NCBI GenBank assembly: GCA_964502035.1
Contig: CAZCUW010000004.1
Span: forward strand, 21,171-85,170
Direction of reading: 5' to 3'
DNA: 64,000 nt
Origin: an uncultured Sphingopyxis sp.
GTDB taxonomy: Bacteria > Pseudomonadota > Alphaproteobacteria > Sphingomonadales > Sphingomonadaceae
In this document: positions 8,501 through 15,261 of the stretch, piece by piece
How the letters are laid out: each line of letters starts with the position of its first letter
How positions within the stretch are numbered: position 1 is the stretch's first letter
Made by a program: the position numbers and the translations under genes
The notes under the pieces: generated by a model
Seen by the model: the letters and a program-made list of their open reading frames with translations, nothing else
The model's database searches: none
Told to the model about the DNA's origin: nothing

Positions 8501-11500
8501 GCGGTCGTGCCCGCCAGCACCAATATGTCTTCGCCGGCGTTGATGCCGCTGAGCGACACCGATCCGCCGGCGTTGACGCCGAACATGCCCGTCGCACTGC
8601 TGTTGGCGAGGGTGACGTTGCCGACCGCATCGGCGAACACGCTGGCTGCGATCGGCGGCCCGCTGCTCGAACTTTCAAATCCGGTGGCGTTGGCCGACGC
8701 GTTGATGTTGGCGCCCGACCGCAGCCGGACATTGCCCACCGCATTATAGGTGCCGGTGATGTCGCCGGAGGCCGAGACCGCGATATCGTCGCCGATGTTC
8801 GCCAGATTGATCCCCACCGGCCCGGCGCTGCCGATCGCAAACAGCGACGATGCGCCGGTGATCGTGCCGGTGATCGCAATGCGCGTCGCGGTCAGGTTGA
8901 CGTTGCCCCCCGCATCGATCGATCCGCCGTTGACCCCGTCGGCGCCTGCGACATTGCCGCTCGCGGTCAGCGATACCGTCGCGCCGGCGTCGATGTTGTT
9001 GAACAGGATCGACTGGCCAGTGACCTGAACAAAGCCGCCCGCGCTCGAATTGCCCAGATCGACGGCGCCGGGCGAAGTGACGATGATGTTGCCGCCGGTG
9101 ATGATCGAATTGAGCCCGGTGCGGAAACTGGCGGCGCTGGCGATGAAATCATTGACCGCTTCGGCATGTTCGACCGATGCCGCGCCAGCGGCGGTGATCA
9201 GGATGTCATTGGCATTCAGGCGATCGACCCCGATCGCGCCGAGCGTCGAGGTGAGCGCCAGTGTGGCGCCCGCGCCCAGCAGGCTGCCCGGCGCGCCGCT
9301 GATGCTGCCCGCGCTCGCGGTCAGATTGCCGCCCGCCGCGATCGTCGGGGCGATGCCTTCGCGATTGTCGTGGCGGATATCGATCTGGTCGCCCGCATCG
9401 ATGGTCAGGTTGCTGCCGACGCTGACGGTGCCGTTCGACTGGGCATAGGCGCCGAACGAGCTGTCGGTGGTCAGCGTCATGTTGCCGGTGGTCGCGATTG
9501 TGCCGCCGGTGGCGCCAAAAAAGATACCTGCCGGGGCCACGTCGGTGTCGTTGTTGGTCGGCGGTGCGTCACCCAGGGCTTCGGCGGCGAGGCTGGTCAT
9601 CCGGACCGCGCCATCGCCCGAGGTGCGGATTTCTATTCGCCCGGCGAAATTGCCATTGGCGGCAACCGTCGTCACCCCCAGGTTGACCAGCGCGGCCGTC
9701 TCCACCCCTGCCGCTTCGATCAGCGCCAGCCCGCCGGTGGTTTGCAGCACGGCGCCCGCCGCGCCGTTGCCGCTGGTCCCCGTGCCGCCCGCGCCGCCGG
9801 TGCCCGCAATGCCGCCCGCCGTGATGCTGACCGGGCTGCCGCTCGAGGTGATCGTGCCGCCATTGGCAAACAGGCGCACCGTGCCGCCGGTCGCCGCCCC
9901 GCCATCGCCGCCGTCGCCGCCGATGAATCCGGCGCCAAAGCCATTGAACGCGCCTTCGCCGCCGTTCCCGCCGCTGCCGTCGCTGCCGAGCGAAACAAGC
10001 CCGCCGGCATCCGAATCGAGGAAGATGGTGGCGCCGCCGCTGGCCAGAATTTCCAGCGTGCCGCCGCTGCCCGATCCGCCGCTGCCGCCCGCCGCGCCGA
10101 CGGTTTCGGCGCCGAAAAAGGACGATCCGGCGCTGCCGCCATTGCCGCCGGTGCCGCCGGTCTGGAAATTGGCCTGGCTGAGCGTGGCGCGCCCGTCGGC
10201 GCCGGTCGCGTGGATCCGGCCGGTGCCGCCGGTTCCGTTGCCGCCGTCGCCGCCCGCGCCATTGTTGCCGAACGCACCATCGCCGCCGCGCGCCGAGGCA
10301 TCGACATTCACGAACAGCGGATCGGCGCTGAAATCGGTGACGATGATCTGCGCCAGCCCGCCGATCGCGTTGCCGCCGCTGCCGCCGATCAGGCCAAAGC
10401 CGCCATTGCCGCCTTGGGCCGCGGCGGTGCTGGTCACGGTGCCCGTCGCGTTGACCGGCACCGCCAGGTCGAGCGTTGCGGTGCCGCCCTGGCCGTTACC
10501 GCCGCTGCCACCGATGCCGATGCCGGTGACCGATCCCGAACTGCTGGAGGCAAACACATTGCCGCCGGTGCCGCCAAAGCCCCCCGCGCCGGCAATCAGG
10601 TCGCCGGTGTTGAGCGTTCCCGATAGCATTTCGATCGCCGCGGTGCCGCCCTGGCCGTTGCCGCCGAGGCCGCCCGCGTCGGCAATGCCGCCAAAGGCGC
10701 TGAAATTGCCGCCGGCGCCGCCGCGACCTTCGGCATAAGCGGCGACGGCGCCGGTCGCGGTGATCGTCGCCCCGTCGATCACGATCGACGCGCTGCCGCC
10801 GACGCCGGTGCCGCCCGGGCCGCCGGGAATGATGTTAGCCGCATTGTCGTCGCTGCCGTCGGGGCCGCGGCCGCCGATGCCGGTTGCCGACACCGTGACC
10901 GAGCCGCTGTTCAGTGCGCCGCCGCGCAGGTTGATCGTCGCCGTTCCCCCGGTGCCGGTGCCCGCGATGCCGTCGGTCCCGACACCTGCTTCGGCATCGG
11001 CGGCGACCGACAGATCACCAAGCTGCACTGCGCCACCGGTCATCGTGAAGGATGCGGTCCCCGCGGTGCTGCTGCCTGTCGTCGCGTCGATCTGGCCCCC
11101 GGCCAGAACCGCCAGCATGCCGCCGGTCAGCAACTGGCCGCCGCTGACATTCATCGCGGCGTTGCCGCCTGCACCATTGGCGCCGCCCGACGCCAACGTC
11201 AGATTGCCGGTCGCGCCGATGACCTGCCCGGCGCCAAGGTTGAACGTCGCGCTGGCGTCGCCGATGAACAGGCCGTCGCCCTGGACGACGAGACGGCCCA
11301 GATGCGGCGGCGGCACAAAGCTCGACGGCCCGCCCGTCGGCACCTGAAGCAAGGGCTGGCCGAGCAGCGCGCCGCTGGCGCGCGCGACGGTGTTGCTGCG
11401 AAACAAGGTGTCGTTGATCGTGATATTGGCAGCGGTGGCGCTCGCCAGGGTGCCGTCCAGTTCGCCATTGAAAATATTGTAGCCCGCCGACAGGCGCACC

Positions 11501-12498
11501 GCGCCGTCGGCGTCGGTCTGGGCCGATACGGCATCGTCATAACCGACCGACCCCGACACCAGCATCGTGACCGCGTCATTTTTGGGAATGGCGACCATAT
11601 AGATGCGGCTCTGGTCGACATCGCCCTGTTCGTGCGCCGGACCCGTCGTGCTGCCGCTGTGGGTGATGACGTTGCCGCCCTCGGCCCCGACCAGCACATT
11701 GATGTCGAACAGGCCGCTGTTGATGCGGATGTCGGTCTGTTCGGCGGCGACATAGGCCGCCGAGCCATCGACGCGCACGGCGCCCGCTTGGACGATGCGC
11801 GGCGCAACAACCGCGACATAGCTGCTGCCCGGATTGAACGCATTGTCGGCGTTGATCGCCGCACCGTTCGCGATGGTGACCGGCGCGATATTGCCCGACG
11901 CGCCGCGAAAGCGGATTTCGCCTGCCGGACCCAGCAGGCCGCCGGTCGTGATGACGTCGTTGGTGGTCAGCACCAGGCTGCCGACGTTGATCGCGGCGCC
12001 ATTGCCGATCAGGATGCCGCCGGCGTTATAGAACCAGATATGGCCATTTTGCAGCGTCGGCAGGCCTGCGATCGACACGACGCTGTTCACCGTCCCGTTC
12101 AGCGCGATCTGGTCCGCGATCGGGGTGCCCGACGCCGCGATAAAGCGGTTGAGCACGATGTAGTCGACGGTGTTGCCGACAAAATTGAGGGTGTTTCCCG
12201 TCGGCAGAAAATCGACGATGCCGCCGACGGGCGCATTGGACGGCGTCCAGTCGATGATGCTTTGCGGTCCGTTCACATTGACCGTCGACGGGTTCACGCC
12301 GGTACCGGTCGTCGTCCCGGCGGGCAGGGTGGTGATCGTCCCCGACCCCGCCACCTGCGCCAGCGCCGGTCCGCCATAGGCCAGCGCCATCATGCCCGCG
12401 CCGATCGCGCAGCCGGTCAGCAGGCGCCGTTTGCCGTGGTGGTCGGGCGCGGAGGTGGCGGTGGCACGCATGGCGTTGGTCCTCGATACGAAAATCAT
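5560..12498 (-). CDS. two-partner-secretion exoprotein (TpsA), filamentous-haemagglutinin-like, ~2312 aa
   Basis: It has an N-terminal signal peptide (..GMMALAYGGPALAQV). A TPS/haemagglutination-activity-like domain follows (SIIDWTPSN..VDF..YIVLNRF..WFYNAGGILIGNGAAINVGSLVLTT). The remainder is long G/A/T/N/V-rich beta-helix-like repeats. The start is set at MIFVS (ATG at 12498), which overlaps the tpsB stop as TGATG. Confidence 0.85.
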   Translation of the reverse strand: MIFVSRTNAMRATATSAPDHHGKRRLLTGCAIGAGMMALAYGGPALAQVAGSGTITTLPAGTTTGTGVNPSTVNVNGPQSIIDWTPSNAPVGGIVDFLPTGNTLNFVGNTVDYIVLNRFIAASGTPIADQIALNGTVNSVVSIAGLPTLQNGHIWFYNAGGILIGNGAAINVGSLVLTTNDVITTGGLLGPAGEIRFRGASGNIAPVTIANGAAINADNAFNPGSSYVAVVAPRIVQAGAVRVDGSAAYVAAEQTDIRINSGLFDINVLVGAEGGNVITHSGSTTGPAHEQGDVDQSRIYMVAIPKNDAVTMLVSGSVGYDDAVSAQTDADGAVRLSAGYNIFNGELDGTLASATAANITINDTLFRSNTVARASGALLGQPLLQVPTGGPSSFVPPPHLGRLVVQGDGLFIGDASATFNLGAGQVIGATGNLTLASGGANGAGGNAAMNVSGGQLLTGGMLAVLAGGQIDATTGSSTAGTASFTMTGGAVQLGDLSVAADAEAGVGTDGIAGTGTGGTATINLRGGALNSGSVTVSATGIGGRGPDGSDDNAANIIPGGPGGTGVGGSASIVIDGATITATGAVAAYAEGRGGAGGNFSAFGGIADAGGLGGNGQGGTAAIEMLSGTLNTGDLIAGAGGFGGTGGNVFASSSSGSVTGIGIGGSGGNGQGGTATLDLAVPVNATGTVTSTAAAQGGNGGFGLIGGSGGNAIGGLAQIIVTDFSADPLFVNVDASARGGDGAFGNNGAGGDGGNGTGGTGRIHATGADGRATLSQANFQTGGTGGNGGSAGSSFFGAETVGAAGGSGGSGSGGTLEILASGGATIFLDSDAGGLVSLGSDGSGGNGGEGAFNGFGAGFIGGDGGDGGAATGGTVRLFANGGTITSSGSPVSITAGGIAGTGGAGGTGTSGNGAAGAVLQTTGGLALIEAAGVETAALVNLGVTTVAANGNFAGRIEIRTSGDGAVRMTSLAAEALGDAPPTNNDTDVAPAGIFFGATGGTIATTGNMTLTTDSSFGAYAQSNGTVSVGSNLTIDAGDQIDIRHDNREGIAPTIAAGGNLTASAGSISGAPGSLLGAGATLALTSTLGAIGVDRLNANDILITAAGAASVEHAEAVNDFIASAASFRTGLNSIITGGNIIVTSPGAVDLGNSSAGGFVQVTGQSILFNNIDAGATVSLTASGNVAGADGVNGGSIDAGGNVNLTATRIAITGTITGASSLFAIGSAGPVGINLANIGDDIAVSASGDITGTYNAVGNVRLRSGANINASANATGFESSSSGPPIAASVFADAVGNVTLANSSATGMFGVNAGGSVSLSGINAGEDILVLAGTTATLTNLTAGDDLTAIAAGGIIANGLTATGAGPDSATLTYLPVSPTGVSGFQINASPPDLSNIVLTASAGNIGGGNINAFDNLTLTASGAVTTTGTLRSGQATSINGDSIAFAAIDAGSTVNLSAANAITGTNIAAGGDITVFGDSIGLTGAVTGDASLFAFGLGGPVAVNQTNVAGTISIFADGDLTGTFVAGGDVRLNSNANITASATANGGYVDFNGGATQGNVFVEAAGDAALTNSAAARMFGVNAGGSATLTGASAGEDMLVIAGTNATLSGVTAGDDVEVRAVGALTATGVSATGTGADTATLGYLAGNGFTISQGEGVSATNGADVFLTAGGAIAASTLSAADDILVTTTGALAINGATTLGQGVTGGSSDIRTQGGDTTLAGINSFTDVLVTATGTLAATGTVTAGRNIAITAAAADLATLASPGGAFINTLDAGGNLSLVTAGAIIGGRVRAGGDLTLTGGRIDIVRAQTTGTGPLTLTGTNGVNATNIQAGGATMLNASNGAVTSDGLISVGPVTVTGNSIDLDTGGDIVFAVLDADVGDAVVTNGSGTLTITSSVVAGRAALTSRNGNDIIISALAANAADIISTGDIVVNGVLTARNIALESNDIIIASGARVGTAGSTETLSIENNDVFSQTFVGGTGTRAGFHIDASELTRLFGTSIEIFAPDVQAVRDTSVGSTTPPDIIVDSFTLAGGAAGSNLGANGALTIRTPGKMRVIGNVQLTGLSDTNALNLFADDALEVILGQGTVRLVNGTNAAGRLNMVSDDIIVATTAAIGDVGTATTTDAIEARLAQNDGIVIDEGSLFARGIRAEVVGGFYVQNSGAGTDFASRRGLTFGAGGIDVVTNGPSRIVINGVQLGATGQVTGLDTIPLLTIGGSAPSAGSFDPRSTFNGCVIASAASCAFVGLENSFPVQDVIEEEADAEDEDGSGQSLPVPLITMRGLDPLSGEPLLDDPVTGAGNDDLWTPTEGP

Positions 12499-14324
12499 CA
12501 GCGCGCCTTCACGCCGAATTGGGTGGTCAGCGACACCAGCAGTCGCGGGTCGGGCTTTTGGGTCAGGAAGCCGCCGCGGTTCAGCGGCACCGCCATCGTC
12601 ACGTCGAGCCGCGCGACATCGCCATATGCGACGCGCATCCCGCCGCCCGCCGAATAGAGTTTCTGGGGGTTCAGGCCGTCGAACGCGCTGTCCTTGTTCC
12701 ACACCCACGCCGCATCGAAAAAGGCAAAGGGCTGGAGCGCGAACGCTTTGGTATTGGCGGGGACGAACGAGCCGTAGCGCGCCTCGAGTGCGACGCCGAC
12801 GCCGCTGTCGCCGATGATCGTGCCGGGGTCGAAGCCGCGCCCGACGGTAAAATTGCCGCCCGAAAATTCTTCATAGGCGAGCAGCGGGTCGCTCGCCCAT
12901 TGCGCGCGCGGCGCGGCGGACAGGGTGAACAATTTGTGCGGCCGCCATTCGGCGAGCGCGTTGGCGCGCAGCAGGAACGCATCGGGTTTGCCCTCGACGC
13001 GGGTCAGCGGCACCGCGCCGGGCAGGAAACAGGTCGCCCCGGCGGGGCCGCAATCGTCGCTGGCGCCCAGGAAGCTGGCGCCCTGCCGCGCTTCGAGCGA
13101 GGTCGATAGCGCCCAGCGCGGTTCGCTGGGGCTGAACCCCCCGCGCCCCGCCACCGAGCCCGGATCGATCCAGTTGGCGTCGGCGCGCAGGTTGAAGACG
13201 CGCAGGCGGTCGCGGTTGATCGGTACGCCGCCGAGGCCGATGTCCTGATCGATCAGGTCGAGCCCGCCACCGATGGTCAGGCGGCGCACCTGGGTCAGCG
13301 TCAGCGGATAGGACGCGAAAAGGCTGGCGATCTGGGTTTTCGACTTGATCGGAAAGGCGGCAATGTCGGGGCGCGTCCACGCATAGGTATAGCTGGCGCC
13401 AAAGCGCAGCCCTTCGCCGCCGACGCGGAACTCGTGCGCCAGCTGGACGACCTGTTGCTCGTCGAAATCGGGGGTCGAGTAAAAGCTGGCGGTGGTGAGG
13501 TCGCCCATGCCGGTCAGCCCGGCAAAGCGCACGCGCGCAACGCCGCCCCAGCGCCCGACGTCGCGCGAGCCGAAATTCTGCGCGTTGAAGTCGAACAAGA
13601 CCGGGGTGCGCGCCACCAGCACTTCGCCGACGACTTCGCCCGGCGCAGCGCCGGGGCGCAGGGTCAGCCGCGCGTCGAGCCCGGGGATGTCGCGCGCCAG
13701 CAGCAGATAGCGTTCGGCCCGGGCGATGTTGAACACCGGCTGGTCGTCGAGCCGCGACAGATAGCGTTGCAGCAGCGGTTCGTTGGCGCCGGCATCGCCG
13801 CGCACCTCGACCCGCGCCATCCGCGCCGCCAAAATGTCGAACCGCACGACGCCGTCGGCGATCGTTTGCGGGGGCACCCGGACCGCCGCCAGATAGCCTT
13901 TGGCGCGCAGCATCGTCGCGGCGCGGTCGCGAATGTCGCAGACGACCGAAATCGGCAGATCCTGTCCGACCTTGTCCGACCAGCTCGGCGCCAGCACCGC
14001 CGTGTCGATGCCCTCGACGCGCGAAAATTCGACCCCGCGCAGCGTGATGCGGACGGTTGCAAATTCGGGGTTGGCGAGCGGGCAGGGTGCGCGCTCGATG
14101 GCATCGTCGGCCGATACGACCCGCTCATTGGGTGGGGTCACCGGGGCCAGCGTCGGTTGCTGAATTTCCTCACGCGTGGGGATCTGCGGGGTCGCCTGGG
14201 CCAGCGCCGCCGCGGGCAAAGCGGCAGCGATCAACGCCGCCGAACCACACAACCTGTCCCGAAGGGCGGCGCGTTTCGGCCGAACCCGCGCATAAACTCC
14301 CTGAACCCCCGTGATCATCACCAC
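12498..14324 (-). CDS. ShlB/FhaC/HecB-family TpsB outer-membrane transporter
   Basis: The 608-aa protein has a signal peptide (AALIAAALPAAALAQA) and a POTRA-like N-terminal region (VRITLRGVEFSRVEG, VRFDILAARMARVEVRG). The C-terminal half is beta-barrel-like. It lies immediately upstream of, and overlapping, a TPS-domain gene. Confidence 0.85.
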   Translation of the reverse strand: MVMITGVQGVYARVRPKRAALRDRLCGSAALIAAALPAAALAQATPQIPTREEIQQPTLAPVTPPNERVVSADDAIERAPCPLANPEFATVRITLRGVEFSRVEGIDTAVLAPSWSDKVGQDLPISVVCDIRDRAATMLRAKGYLAAVRVPPQTIADGVVRFDILAARMARVEVRGDAGANEPLLQRYLSRLDDQPVFNIARAERYLLLARDIPGLDARLTLRPGAAPGEVVGEVLVARTPVLFDFNAQNFGSRDVGRWGGVARVRFAGLTGMGDLTTASFYSTPDFDEQQVVQLAHEFRVGGEGLRFGASYTYAWTRPDIAAFPIKSKTQIASLFASYPLTLTQVRRLTIGGGLDLIDQDIGLGGVPINRDRLRVFNLRADANWIDPGSVAGRGGFSPSEPRWALSTSLEARQGASFLGASDDCGPAGATCFLPGAVPLTRVEGKPDAFLLRANALAEWRPHKLFTLSAAPRAQWASDPLLAYEEFSGGNFTVGRGFDPGTIIGDSGVGVALEARYGSFVPANTKAFALQPFAFFDAAWVWNKDSAFDGLNPQKLYSAGGGMRVAYGDVARLDVTMAVPLNRGGFLTQKPDPRLLVSLTTQFGVKAR

Positions 14325-14450
14325 CCCTTGTGTACGAACGCAGCCGCGAAATCGCGGTGCGGCAATTCATCAGGCCCTGCCAAACACCGGCAGCGCGAAT
14401 TTTTCGACCCAAGGAAAGGTTCTGCCGACGGATCGGCAGATTTTCTTCTT

Positions 14451-14480
14451 ATTGTTATCAGATGGTCCCGAATGGTTCAA
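14451..14480 (-). promoter_or_regulatory. candidate sigma70-type promoter for tpsB-tpsA
   Basis: On the minus strand the sequence reads TTGAAC-18 nt-AACAAT. It lies in the AT-richer 178-nt spacer between the 252-aa gene and tpsB. This is a by-eye match only. Confidence 0.25.
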
Positions 14481-14502
14481 TATTTCCCCGTTTCGGTTAA
14501 CC

Positions 14503-15261
14503 TTATCCCGCCTCGCCTTCCGACATTGCATCGACCAGGCGATTGAGCTGCGGTATGCAGCCCTTGGCCATCAGCATATCGACCGATCCCTCGATGGTAT
14601 CAGGGGCATTTCCCAGCGGCGTGAAGCGCACCTTGACCGGCGCGGGCAAGCCGCCGCCGGACAGGCGATAGTCGACGCCATATTGGACCGGCAAAGTATC
14701 GGTCGGCCATTTGCGGAAATTGGCGCCGTCGACAATCGCGACGGTCGTTTTTTTGCCGGCGCTTTCGATTTCCAGCGCGGTGTCGCCTTCCATGTTCGGA
14801 CGCCACAGCATCAGCGTTGCCGGATCGGCAACGCAGAAGGTCCCGGCTTCGCGATAGTCGAGCAGCCACAAATTGGGCGCGCGGATGTCGATGGGCGCCG
14901 GGTCGTTCGGACCGCGCGAAAACCCGCCGCGTGACCGCATTGTCGGCCCCTTGGCCAGCATCCGTGTCACCGTGCCGCCCATCGACTGGCTGGCCTGGAT
15001 CGTGCCGCTGGCGCCAAAGGTGCCGGGGCCGGACAGGGTGCGGGTCTTGCCCGCCTGCATCAGCACGACCTTGTCGCCCGCGACCAGGGTCAGCTTGTCG
15101 GCCGATTTCAGCTTGGCGCCGGTCGGATATTTGCTCGCCGACGGTCCGGTCGAGCGGACGACCATCGATTGCGCGGCGGCGGTGCCGACGACGGCGACCG
15201 CCATGACGGCAGCGGCGGCGGCAAGGCTCAGGCGGCGCTTCGGCAGATCAGGAAAGGACAT
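14503..15261 (-). CDS. secreted hypothetical protein (weak FecR-like N-half; C-half of unknown family)
   Basis: The 252-aa protein has a signal peptide (LSLAAAAAVMAVAVVGTAAAQ). Its start overlaps the cyclase stop by 14 nt. The segment GAKLKSADKLTLVAGDKVVLMQAGKTRTLSGPGTF loosely resembles FecR-type beta-sandwich sensors. Confidence 0.6.
   Translation of the reverse strand: MSFPDLPKRRLSLAAAAAVMAVAVVGTAAAQSMVVRSTGPSASKYPTGAKLKSADKLTLVAGDKVVLMQAGKTRTLSGPGTFGASGTIQASQSMGGTVTRMLAKGPTMRSRGGFSRGPNDPAPIDIRAPNLWLLDYREAGTFCVADPATLMLWRPNMEGDTALEIESAGKKTTVAIVDGANFRKWPTDTLPVQYGVDYRLSGGGLPAPVKVRFTPLGNAPDTIEGSVDMLMAKGCIPQLNRLVDAMSEGEAG

Noticed and set aside
9467-10738. 423-aa proline-rich ORF on the plus strand (PPVPP, PPLPP runs)
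   Set aside because: It is the mirror image of the glycine-rich (GGN-codon) core of tpsA. It has no independent start context and is fully nested in a gene with strong evidence.
9720-11195. RTX calcium-binding repeats in TpsA
   Set aside because: The Gly-rich runs lack the regular nonapeptide GGxGxDxUx spacing with a conserved Asp. The similarity is compositional only.
12499-12708. 70-codon N-terminal extension of the tpsA ORF overlapping tpsB
   Set aside because: The extension is Arg-rich and not signal-peptide-like. It overlaps the 3' end of tpsB. An ATG at 12498 gives a TGATG junction followed by a proper signal peptide.
14422-14450. Intrinsic terminator (CTGCCGA-n4-TCGGCAG followed by ATTTTCTTCTT on the plus strand)
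   Set aside because: The T-rich tail is on the plus strand, where no gene is being transcribed toward it. On the minus strand, which is the coding strand here, the hairpin is followed by AACCTTTCC. It is treated as part of a possible tpsB leader instead.
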